Shown: in pieces, positions 55,282 through 64,000 of the stretch | Layout: the number at the start of each line of letters is the position of its first letter | Position numbering within the stretch: the first letter of the stretch is position 1 | Assembly: GCA_016235455.1 (NCBI GenBank) | Contig: JACRKZ010000082.1 | Location: 16,894 to 80,893, forward strand | Direction: 5' to 3' | DNA: 64,000 nt | Origin: Armatimonadota bacterium | Lineage (GTDB): Bacteria > Armatimonadota > UBA10988 | Program-made: the position numbers and the translations under genes | Notes under the pieces: model-generated | What the model was told of the DNA's origin: nothing | Database searches by the model: none | What the model saw: only the letters and a program-made list of their open reading frames with translations

Positions 55282-56052
55282 CTAGCGCCGGAAAGGCGCC
55301 GAGTACAGCGTGCCGGTCACCGTGTCCTTGAGCGTCGTGCCGGTGGCGGCCACGCTGACCACGACCACCTGACGCTGACCGTTGAACTCGATGCTGATGC
55401 GCTGGCCCGGCCACACCGTGTACTGCTGGCCGTTCTGCTCGATGATGGCCTTGCCACCCAGCAGACCGGCGGTACGCAGGTCCGGCGGTTCCACGGCGCG
55501 CGTCTCCCGCTCGGGCTCCGGCGGCGGCAACACGAGGTCGGGGCGCACCGGCGAGTGCGTGACCTGATGCGGCCTGGTCGACATTTCCGGCGCCGGCTTC
55601 AGCGGCTTATCCAAAGGCGCAAACGGGTTGTTGGGTCGGCCCGGGAACTTGGGCGGACTCGCGGCCAGGTCCAGCGGCACCGCCGGCGCGGGTGGAGGAG
55701 CCTGGGCGCCTCCGCCAGGAGGACCACCCGGTGGCCCTCCAGGTCCGCCGGGCCCGCCGGCAGGCGGTGGTGGAGGCGCTGATCGGCCGCCACCGCCGCC
55801 GCCATCTTCGCCGTCGGCATTCTTGCGGCTCTTGAGCCCGCCGCCGCCGCCGTCCTCGCCATCCTCGCCGCGCTTGAGCTTGGGGCCGCTGCTGTCGCTG
55901 TCCTTCTTGCCGCCGCAGCCGGCGAGCAGGAGCGTGGACGCCACGGCGCCCAGCAATCCCACGGCCAGCAACCAGCGCCAAGCGCGCTGCGTCCCGTACG
56001 ACCGGGCGAGCTTCAAACGAATTGTCTCCGAGCCCATCATATCGGTCCTCAC
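55282..56052 (-). CDS. PilP-like lipoprotein
   Basis: Lipobox LAGC; GRPNNPFAPL; C-terminal LRTAGLL..KAIIEQNGQQYTVWPGQ; operon position between the PilO-like gene and the secretin genes. Exact start uncertain. Confidence 0.65.
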   Translation of the reverse strand: MRTDMMGSETIRLKLARSYGTQRAWRWLLAVGLLGAVASTLLLAGCGGKKDSDSSGPKLKRGEDGEDGGGGGLKSRKNADGEDGGGGGGRSAPPPPPAGGPGGPGGPPGGPPGGGAQAPPPAPAVPLDLAASPPKFPGRPNNPFAPLDKPLKPAPEMSTRPHQVTHSPVRPDLVLPPPEPERETRAVEPPDLRTAGLLGGKAIIEQNGQQYTVWPGQRISIEFNGQRQVVVVSVAATGTTLKDTVTGTLYSAPFRR

Positions 56053-56058
56053 CCGTCT

Positions 56059-57039
56059 CTACGGACGCTGCGGAGCGCCGGCACCAGAGCCGCTGGGCCC
56101 ACCACCAGGAGGCGGCGGCGGGCCGCCACCGGCCGCGCCCGCGCCCGACCCGCCGGGGCCGCTGGCGCCGGGCGGCATGCCGGGTGCGCCGCCGCCGGGC
56201 GGCATTCCGCCCATGGGCGCGCCGCCAGCCGCGGCACCCCCGGCGCCGGGCGAACCGGGTGCGTTGGTCGGCCAGACAAAGAACTCCACCGAGCAGTTGA
56301 GCTGCAGTAGCACGGAGCCTCGGTAGTCGAACGCGAGGCGTTGCAGGCTGAAGGAGCTGATCAGCGCCGTGCGGTCGAACTTGTCGGGGAAGGTCGACAC
56401 GAAGTCCAGCAGGTCGTCATACCGACCATAGATGGTCATGGGCAACGGGCCGCTGCCCACGGGCCAACTGAGCCGGCCCTCTGGCCCGGGCGGCGGCAGG
56501 CTGCTGCCGGTCAAGTTGATGTTCGGCGCCGGGACCGGGATGGGGAAGCGGAAGAACAAGTTCTTGTAGTTGGCATCGAGGAAGCGGATCAGTCGCGGGC
56601 CGGCGTCGTCGCGCTGCTGGGTCAACAGTTCGAGTACGAAGGCATCGGGCTTCTGGTAGTCGAAGGCCTTGCGATTGATGCCCACCATGTAGCGCTTGAG
56701 CACCTTCTCCAGCTCCGCCTTGTGCGCGTCACGCTCGACCTGCGCCACCTCGTGCTGCTGTTTGAGGGCCTTGAGCGCCTTGTCGAACTGGTCCGCATCC
56801 TGCTTCTTGTCCTCGGCGCCCTTCTTGTACTTGGCCGGCTTGCGCTTGTTGTCGGGCCACTGCTCCCGGCTGGAGGTGGCGCTCTGGTACTTGCCGCGGC
56901 TGCCGTCGCGCGCGCTGACCGTCTTGGTGTACTCGATCCCGAGCTTCTTCCAGGTGCTGAACTGGAAGATGGCCAGCACGATCACCCACACCACGAGGAA
57001 GATCGGAAGAACCATCCATGCCCGCATGCGTCCGCCCAT
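56059..57039 (-). CDS. PilO-like inner-membrane protein with a Gly/Pro tail
   Basis: N-terminal TM and coiled coil; C-terminal MTIYGRYDDLLDFV...DRTALISSFSL matches the PilO/GspM pattern. Confidence 0.7.
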   Translation of the reverse strand: MGGRMRAWMVLPIFLVVWVIVLAIFQFSTWKKLGIEYTKTVSARDGSRGKYQSATSSREQWPDNKRKPAKYKKGAEDKKQDADQFDKALKALKQQHEVAQVERDAHKAELEKVLKRYMVGINRKAFDYQKPDAFVLELLTQQRDDAGPRLIRFLDANYKNLFFRFPIPVPAPNINLTGSSLPPPGPEGRLSWPVGSGPLPMTIYGRYDDLLDFVSTFPDKFDRTALISSFSLQRLAFDYRGSVLLQLNCSVEFFVWPTNAPGSPGAGGAAAGGAPMGGMPPGGGAPGMPPGASGPGGSGAGAAGGGPPPPPGGGPSGSGAGAPQRP

Positions 57040-57052
57040 GGTCTTGCCTCGC

Positions 57053-58222
57053 TTACCTAGAACCTGAGGGGCCGCCCGCAGGAGTGCCCGGGCCGCCAGG
57101 AGAACCTGGAGGCGGAGCCGGCGGACCTCCCGGGGAGCCGCCAGGCATACCGGGCGCGCCGCCCGACATACCCGGCATGCCCGGCATGCCGCCGCCACCA
57201 CCCGCCGCGGCCCCACCGGCCGGGCTGGGGAACGGGTTGCCCCAGCGCCCGGAAATGACCAGGTTCAAATAGGGCTGCAAGGGCGGGTCGTCGGAAGCCT
57301 GGATGAACTGCCGGTGCGCCGCATCTTGCGGATTGGTGAAGAACTGCGTGGTCTCCAAGTTGAGTCCCTGCAGGCTGCGCAGGCCGCCCGCGGAAGCCAC
57401 GGCAGCGCCGGGACCGCCGGCACCCGGGGCCGCGCCGCCGGAGCCGCCCGACCCGCCGGGGGCCGCGCTCGGCATGCCGCCGGGCGAACCGCCCGAGCCA
57501 CCCGGAGGGCCGGACGGACCGGGGGCACTCATGCCGGGGCCGCCCGATCCACCCGAACTGCCGGGCCCGCCCGGGCCACCGGGCGCGGCACCGCCGCCGG
57601 TCACGCCAGTCACCGCGCCGAGCGTGCGCGAACTGCTGTTGACGCCCTGCAGGTCACCGGTGCTGAAGGGCAGCTCGATGCGCCGCCGGGTGTCCGGCCC
57701 CCAGCCGCGCGGGCTGGTCGGGTTGGGCCAACCGCTCAGGCCCTGGATCGACAGGGAGTCGGTGGCGATCAGTCCGGCTTTGTAGGCCTGCTTGAGGTTG
57801 ATCATCAGGCCGGCCACATCCTGCGTGCCCTTGGTGCGCACCTGCATGGTGAAGCCCTCGCCGGTCAGGGCAACGGACAGCACCTCGGCGCGGTTGAAGA
57901 TGTAGCGGCTCAACATGCGCAGGTACTTGGGGAAGTTGTCGCTGTAGTTCAGCAGGCTCTTGACGTAGGCCAACTGGGCATCGAACGGCGCCACCTCGGC
58001 CTTGACCTGTTCGATCTCGCCCTGCTTGGCGGTGATCTGCTGCTCAAACGCCGCCGCCGCCGAGGCCTGGTTCTTCATGTCGGCGACTTTGGTCTTGAGC
58101 GCGGTGGTACGCCACAACGCGAAGCCGACCACGCCGACGGTGAGGATGGCACACAGGATCATGGCCTGCGTGACTTTGCGGGCCTCAAAGAACCTGCGGT
58201 CCAGAAGTTGTAGCTTCAGCAT
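57053..58222 (-). CDS. PilN-like inner-membrane protein with Gly/Pro/Ser insertions
   Basis: MLKLQLL (the equivalent of PilN INLLP), a TM, a coiled coil and a ferredoxin-like segment; directly downstream of pilM. Confidence 0.7.
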   Translation of the reverse strand: MLKLQLLDRRFFEARKVTQAMILCAILTVGVVGFALWRTTALKTKVADMKNQASAAAAFEQQITAKQGEIEQVKAEVAPFDAQLAYVKSLLNYSDNFPKYLRMLSRYIFNRAEVLSVALTGEGFTMQVRTKGTQDVAGLMINLKQAYKAGLIATDSLSIQGLSGWPNPTSPRGWGPDTRRRIELPFSTGDLQGVNSSSRTLGAVTGVTGGGAAPGGPGGPGSSGGSGGPGMSAPGPSGPPGGSGGSPGGMPSAAPGGSGGSGGAAPGAGGPGAAVASAGGLRSLQGLNLETTQFFTNPQDAAHRQFIQASDDPPLQPYLNLVISGRWGNPFPSPAGGAAAGGGGGMPGMPGMSGGAPGMPGGSPGGPPAPPPGSPGGPGTPAGGPSGSR

Positions 58223-58232
58223 GGAGCAGCCC

Positions 58233-60344
58233 CTACATCAGCCCGCGCATGGCCAGGCCCACGGCAACCGCAAGGACAGGCTCATCACGATCCACATCCT
58301 CCGCGGGCAGTTTGGCCGACAGGGCAATCCCCTCCAGGGGGCGCCCCTCTTCCACGGTCAGGCCGAGCTCGGCCTCGAAGAATTCCGCCAGCCCCTCGAT
58401 GCGGGCCGAGCCGCCCACCAGGACGACCTTGTCGACGACCGCACCTTCATACTGGCTCTGGTAGTACTCCAACGACCGCGCCACTTCCTGCGCCAGGTCG
58501 CGAACCACTGGTTCCATGACCTCGCGCACGCGCAGCCGCTCCTCGTCCTCGGGCGACAGGAGGTCCAGGTCGTCACTGCCTTCGGCCGCCGGAGCCGGGC
58601 CGGGCGAGGAACTGAAGGCCAGGTCGAGGCTTTCGCCGCTGGTGCCCGAAGCGCCCTCGTCGCTGGCCAGGAAGCCCAGGTCGTAGCTGCTGCCGACGTC
58701 GGTCGCGCCGGCCGGATCAGCCTTGGCTGGGGCAGGCGTGGCCATGGAGCTGCCGGCGTCGGGCACGTCGAACTGGAAGTCGAAACTGCTGTCCGGCCCG
58801 GCCTCGGTGCTGCCCACGCCGCTGGAGGTGGCGGCGCTGGCCGAGATCGTGCTGGGCGAGGTGGCGGCCGGCTCGGACTCGCCGAAATCGAACATGAACG
58901 TCTCGTCAGCCGACGCTTCGGGGCCACTGGCCGTCGACGTGGCGGCTGGCGCCGCATCGGCGGCCCCGAAGTCAAACGTGAAGGACTCTTCGGCGCCGGC
59001 GTCGCTGGAGGCGGCCGGGGGCACGACGGCGGCCGGCGCGGCGGGCTCATCGGCCAGATCGAAGGCGAAGGACGCACCGTCGTCGTCGTCGTCGTCGCCG
59101 GCGGGCGCGGCCAAGTCGAAGTCGAACGTGGTGTCGGGCCCCGCCTGGGCCTTGGGCTCGGGCGCGCTGTCCTCGGCGAAGGCGAACTCGAAGGTGGTCT
59201 CGTCGGCGTTGGGCGCGGTGGAGCCTACCGCACCGACCTTGGGCAGGTCGGCCTGGTCGCCGAAGTCGAACGTGCCTTCGTCAAACTGCACGTCGGGCGG
59301 GCCGGCCTCGGCGGCGGGCTCCTTGAGCCCGAAGTCGAAGGCGCCGCCAGCGGCTGCCGGAGCGTCCAACTCCAGCGGCGAGATGTCGTCCGGCTCGTCG
59401 TCGAAGCGGACCTCGGGCGGCTAGCCCGCGCCGGCCGCATCACCGAAGCTGAGTCCGCCGCTCATGCCGGCGAAGCCCATGTCGCTGCTGTCCTCGGGGT
59501 CCAAGTCGAACAGGTCGGAACCGAAGTCAAGCGCGGGCATGGTCGGCGCTTCGGCGGCCGCCGGCTCGGCGGCGCGCTTCAAGCGAGCGGCGAGCTCGGG
59601 CGGCAGGGCGCGCATGGAGCCGAACTGCCGCTTGAGGCGCTCGGCCTGCTGTTCGCTGACGCCGAGACCTTCGCTGAGCCGCTGGGTGATGCTGCGACCG
59701 CCAATGGGAATGCTGCGCGGGAAGTGCAGCAGCCCGTCCTTGATGACGCCCAGATCGGTGGAGTTGGCGCCGATGTTGACCAGCGCGATGGTCTGCTCCA
59801 GGCCGCCGGACAGATCCGGCCCTTCCACCAGGCTGTGGCTCAGCGCCAGCGGCTGCACATCGATGGCCTTGGGCTGAAGCTTGGCGCTGTGCAGCGCCGC
59901 GTAGTGATCCTCGATCATGCTGTCGACGGCGGCGGCGAACAGGACTTCCATGCTCGGGGAGTCCGGCGATTCGCCTGGGCGGTCGATGGGCATATAGTCC
60001 ATGATGAAGCTGCTGGCCGAGAACGGGATGTGTCGCTCCACCTCGAACTTCATGTTCTCGTCGAGCTCGGAGCGGCTGACACGGTGCACCTTGATGATGC
60101 GCACCACCACCGACTGCTGGCCCTGCACGGAGGTGACAACCTTGCGGGTTTTGATGCGGCGGTTCTTCAACAGGCCGCTGATCGCCTCGGCGATCTGCTC
60201 CACATCGGCGATGTCGCCATTGGCCACGGCGCCCGGCGGGGTCGGCGCGATGCCATAGTTGAGCAGTTTCAGATGGCCGCGCTTGCCGGCCATCTCCACT
60301 ACTTTGATTGTATCGGACCCGATGTCCAGACCTAGCACCGCCAT
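58233..60344 (-). CDS. pilM: Type IV pilus assembly protein PilM with a long acidic insertion, interrupted by one in-frame TAG at 59421-59423 (pseudogene, readthrough or split gene)
   Basis: The N part has LGLDIGSDTIKVVE, VERHIPF, IDVQPLAL, VNIGANST and AERLKR. The C part has EVARSLEYY, LVGGSARIEGL and LAVAVGLAMR. ORFs 59421..60401 and 58233..59369 share a frame, with 17 sense codons between the TAG and the second ORF. Confidence 0.85.
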
Positions 60345-60399
60345 GGTCCCTACCCCGCAGACCAGCCCCGCGAACGAGCTGCAGCCCTGCTGACGCGCC

Positions 60400-60429
60400 A
60401 TTGTACGAGATGCCGAGGCAGCCCGTCAA
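60400..60429 (-). promoter_or_regulatory. Sigma70 promoter for the pilM operon
   Basis: TTGACG-18 nt-TACAAT, about 55 nt upstream of the pilM ATG. Confidence 0.7.
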
Positions 60430-60591
60430 GCCGCACCGCAATCGCGCTTGCCGTTCGCGCGCTGTTCCGCACTGTCTCTATTGTGCCACGTCCCGCGACC
60501 CAGGGCGCCCTGGCGCCCGATTCACGGTGAGGCCCTGCCCCGTGGGGCAGGGCCAATGGCCACCTGTTCGACACTCGCGCACCCGCGCGGG

Positions 60592-63500
60592 TTACCGCGC
60601 TTCGGCCGCCGGCGTGTAATCAGGCAGGAAAGCGCCGTAGTAGACGTGTGTTCCGGCCTTCCCACGCAGGGGCGGATTGCCCGCGGTTGGATTGAGCTGA
60701 TACAGGTCGCGGGTGCTGACCCAGGCCAGCCAGTGCCGGCCCGACATGATCGACCGTTGGTTGCCACCCAGCGGATACCCGGCCAGGAAGTGCTCGGAGG
60801 CCAGCGCCGGCATGCTCTCGCTGCCCACGCCATCCATGGGCAGCACGCGCTCGGGGCCCAGGCCCGGTACGTAGTGGTACTCGTCCGTGGACGTCGCCGT
60901 GCCAGTGTCCGTGGTGTAGGTGTAGGTGAACCGCACCCGGTGCCCGGCCCGATCGAACGGCAGGTGCACCATGCCGTCGCGCAGGTCGTCCGGTGTCAGC
61001 GTGGGCGTGATGGCCTGCGGCGTGGTGTCCAGGTCGGCCATGGCGGTCGGCGCGGCGGTGAGCGGCGGCTTGTCCAGCGGCACCGACAGGCTGAACGTGC
61101 GGTACCACAGCTGGCCGCGCCCGTTCTCCAGACCGCGCCGCCAGACCAGCGTCAGGCGCTCCCACCAGTCGAACGCCGCCGTAGGCTGCGTGTCGCCGGC
61201 CAGGTCGGTGGTCATGCGCCAAGTGGCCGGCCGATAGCTGGCGTAGACGTAGATCGGGTTGTTCTGGCCGCGCTTGTAGAGTGGCGCACTGAAGGTCACC
61301 CGTCCGAGGCCGGGATGGATGCGCACGGCCTTGATGCCGCGGGCGGCCAGGGTTGCGAAGGCGTCGCTCGGCGCGCCGCTGTTGGCGAGGGCCAGGACCC
61401 ACTCCTCCTGCGCGGCATCCCACATCGCGCTGGGCAAGTCGAAGTTGACCGTCAGCAGTGTGGGATTGGTGCTCAGGTCGGGCGGCCCGGCGGTCAGACT
61501 GGTCGCCGCGTAGATGCGCAGCCGCACCAACGGCACGACGGCGCCCGCGCTGTCGTGGTCGACGATGGGCAGCACCGTGTCGGCGAAGCCCTTGTGGTTG
61601 ACCTGCTCGACGCGCCGCACACCGGGCGAAGCCGCGGCGCAGTAGCTGAGTCGCGGCTGCGCCGGGGGCATCACCCAGTCGGGATGGGCCGATCCGTAGG
61701 CCACGTTCTCAGGCGTCGACTGCAGCAGTTCGTCGGTGATCCGCGCGAACGGCACCCGCCCGCCGGGCAGGCAGGTCAGGGTCTGGGTCTGGCCGGTGGC
61801 CGGATAGTCCATGGTCACCGGCCCGGCCGTACCCGTGCGGGCCAGTCGGAAGCCGTCCTCCGCCATGGGCGAGTTGGTCAGGCCGTCGGCCCAGGTGTTG
61901 ACGTTGTCGGTGGCCGACTCGGCCGGATCCTGCAAGGCACGGTAGCGCGTCCAGTAGATGTCCTGGTTCTGCCACAGGGGCGACCAGGCGCTGTAGAACC
62001 CGTTGAGCAGCCGCAGATTGCCGACTCGCGGATCGCTGCCCACGGGCGCCGTGTTGGTGGCTTCGTCGCGGTAGCCGGGCAGCAGCCAGGGCTCGGCCAT
62101 GTTGGTCAGGCCGGGCGGCGTGCGCAGGTCGTAGTTGCGCACCGGCGAGCCGGCGGGCACGCTGATGGCGTCGGCATAGCCGGCGCCGGCGCCATAGGCC
62201 GCGGGCATGCTGATGGCGTTGAAGCCCAGCCTGGCTCGCCCGCCCTGGCCGTTCTGCCAGGCGCACCAGGCCACGAGGCCGGCGCCATTCATGGTGTCCA
62301 CCACCGCGCGCGGCATGGCCTTGTTGACCAGCCCGTTGCCCGAGGCGTCATCGGCCACGGTCAGCAGTGGGCCGCGGTTGGTGCCCGAGTAACGGTAGAA
62401 CTGCAGCGCGCTGGCGCGGCGGTTCTCGGCGGGCTTGTCGGCTTCGTTGTGCCACATCACCAGGTAGTCAGGCCCAGCGCTGCCAGGGATGGCGCAGACG
62501 CTGGGATAGACGTTGCGCGTACCCACCGGCGCGGCCCCTTGCGGATTGCCGGCCAGCGGCGCATTCGGCCAGCTGAAGGCGCGGTAGTTGGTGCTGGTGA
62601 CCTGACCCGCGGCCAGCGCCGGTCGGCCCGCCCGCTGCAGCCAGACGTCCCAGCGCGGATTGGTGCCGCCGCCGGGATCGAGCAGGCGCGACCAGAACAC
62701 GGTGAGCTGGTCCGAGCTGTTGGGCAGCGGGTTGCTCATGGTGGTCAGGTCCTGGGCCACAGCCAGTGCCGGCGTGGCGTCGGCCACATCGGGCTCGCTG
62801 TAGAACTGCAGGTCGGGGATCGGCTGGAATGTGCCCGGCTGAGCGCGCGTGGCGTCGTAAGGCGCCACGTTGAGCACGTTGGCCGATTCACGGCGACGGT
62901 CGGTCTCGTTATCGAAGAAGTCCGCCACGCGGGCCAGGGGTCCCTCGGTGACGGTCGCCTTCATCACCGCACTACCACCGACAGCGGTCTTGGCGGCCCG
63001 GTCGGGCGCGTTGGTGCCGTCGTTGGGGCAGTCGGCGGCCTGTGTGCCCAGGTTGTCCACGAAGCCGCCCAGCGTGCCGGCGTAGTTGCCCATCGGCTGC
63101 CCGACGGGGATGCGCAGTGGCGTCGCCAGGTCGTTGCGGCCCAGCCGCAAGTAGACGTCGGTCACGGTGTTGCCCACCAGCGACCCCGCGGCGGCCGGGA
63201 AGACGGCCGACAGCGTGCCCCCACCGAACATCTGGATGAGACCACGCTCGGTCGGCGCGCCGATGGCCAGGTTGCTGCTCAGCCACGAGGGGATCGGGTT
63301 GAGCTGGATACCGCGCGCCCGGCTGGCGCCGTCGGCCACCTGAATGGCGCGCATCGGGTCCTGCACATAGAACTTCACGTCGTAGAGCGGCACGTTGCCT
63401 TCGTTGGTGATGGTCACCGGCACCCACTGCGACATCGCTCCGCCGATGGCCCGACCGAAGTCGATGAAGCGCTCGGCGATGCTCATGCGGCGCTCATAGC

Positions 63501-64000
63501 CGACGGTGAACTCGACATCGAACGGCGCGTAGGACTCGACGCTGACGTGCTGATAGCCACCGGCGCCGGTGGTCAGGTCGGCGATGGAACGTGTCACGCC
63601 GCCGATGGTCTGCGGCGTGCTTCCGACGGCGCCGCTGTACTCGTTGTACCAGCGCACGAACTGCGTCGCGCCGGTGCTCAGCTGGTACAGGCTGGCATCC
63701 CACGAACGCGGCTTGAGCCTAGCCGCGGGCGAAAGCGTTGGATCGTCATCCAGGTCCTTGGTGTAGGTGCGCTGGTCGTCGACGAACAGGCGCACGCTGC
63801 CGCGGTAGCGGTCCCAGTCGCCACGCGGGTCGACCATCGTGTCGTAGGCGGGCGTCAGGCCGCGGTCGGCATCGATCTGGCGCTCGACGGCATCGCGGCT
63901 GGGCGGCTGGTAGCGCGGCACGTCCACGCTCAGGTCCAGCGGCGTCACGTTGTCCTGACGCACGTTGAACTCGCGGTCGAGCGCGCCGGTAACCTTGACC
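60592..64000 (-). CDS. Very large beta-rich hypothetical protein, 5' end outside the window; possibly a pilus-associated surface protein
   Basis: The frame is open through the window edge (>1130 aa). Ig-like TITNEGNVPL segment and repeated 'P.L..../L.V.W' propeller-like blades. No family recognised with confidence. Confidence 0.7.
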   Translation of the reverse strand, partial: VKVTGALDREFNVRQDNVTPLDLSVDVPRYQPPSRDAVERQIDADRGLTPAYDTMVDPRGDWDRYRGSVRLFVDDQRTYTKDLDDDPTLSPAARLKPRSWDASLYQLSTGATQFVRWYNEYSGAVGSTPQTIGGVTRSIADLTTGAGGYQHVSVESYAPFDVEFTVGYERRMSIAERFIDFGRAIGGAMSQWVPVTITNEGNVPLYDVKFYVQDPMRAIQVADGASRARGIQLNPIPSWLSSNLAIGAPTERGLIQMFGGGTLSAVFPAAAGSLVGNTVTDVYLRLGRNDLATPLRIPVGQPMGNYAGTLGGFVDNLGTQAADCPNDGTNAPDRAAKTAVGGSAVMKATVTEGPLARVADFFDNETDRRRESANVLNVAPYDATRAQPGTFQPIPDLQFYSEPDVADATPALAVAQDLTTMSNPLPNSSDQLTVFWSRLLDPGGGTNPRWDVWLQRAGRPALAAGQVTSTNYRAFSWPNAPLAGNPQGAAPVGTRNVYPSVCAIPGSAGPDYLVMWHNEADKPAENRRASALQFYRYSGTNRGPLLTVADDASGNGLVNKAMPRAVVDTMNGAGLVAWCAWQNGQGGRARLGFNAISMPAAYGAGAGYADAISVPAGSPVRNYDLRTPPGLTNMAEPWLLPGYRDEATNTAPVGSDPRVGNLRLLNGFYSAWSPLWQNQDIYWTRYRALQDPAESATDNVNTWADGLTNSPMAEDGFRLARTGTAGPVTMDYPATGQTQTLTCLPGGRVPFARITDELLQSTPENVAYGSAHPDWVMPPAQPRLSYCAAASPGVRRVEQVNHKGFADTVLPIVDHDSAGAVVPLVRLRIYAATSLTAGPPDLSTNPTLLTVNFDLPSAMWDAAQEEWVLALANSGAPSDAFATLAARGIKAVRIHPGLGRVTFSAPLYKRGQNNPIYVYASYRPATWRMTTDLAGDTQPTAAFDWWERLTLVWRRGLENGRGQLWYRTFSLSVPLDKPPLTAAPTAMADLDTTPQAITPTLTPDDLRDGMVHLPFDRAGHRVRFTYTYTTDTGTATSTDEYHYVPGLGPERVLPMDGVGSESMPALASEHFLAGYPLGGNQRSIMSGRHWLAWVSTRDLYQLNPTAGNPPLRGKAGTHVYYGAFLPDYTPAAEAR

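Noticed and set aside
59421-59423. Genome-wide TAG reassignment (alternative genetic code)
   Set aside because: TAG ends conserved genes at their expected C-termini (rpmF, plsX, fabD, fabG, fabF, miaA), so it is a normal stop here.

Overview
A very GC-rich (roughly 70% by eye) bacterial chromosome segment, most likely Armatimonadota, judged from the DUF1559 '[12 protein letters not shown]...H-X9-DG' prepilin-like genes, a low-complexity-rich pilMNOP-secretin operon and many large secreted glycoside hydrolases. Housekeeping genes: gatCAB, rpsU, pyrE-miaA, and yceD-rpmF-plsX-fabH-fabD-fabG-acpP-fabF. Accessory genes: secreted glycoside hydrolases and peptidases, a tandemly duplicated module (DUF6057-like membrane protein plus CxxCH beta-propeller protein), two near-identical prepilin-like genes, a glycyl radical enzyme with no activase nearby, a zeta-toxin-like pair, a Uma2 nuclease and a REP doublet. 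Four observations stand out. (1) pilM is one ~703-codon frame broken by a single in-frame TAG inside a ~350-aa acidic 'FDF'-repeat insertion. (2) Every gene of the pil/secretin operon carries its own low-complexity segment (acidic-Phe, Gly/Pro/Met, GGF/GGM or poly-Asn). (3) A secreted 830-aa protein has a nucleotidyltransferase-like motif and a toxin-like domain layout. (4) An M23 domain has lost its zinc-binding histidines. No rRNA, tRNA, CRISPR array or transposase was seen. All family calls come from motif recognition by eye, not from database searches.
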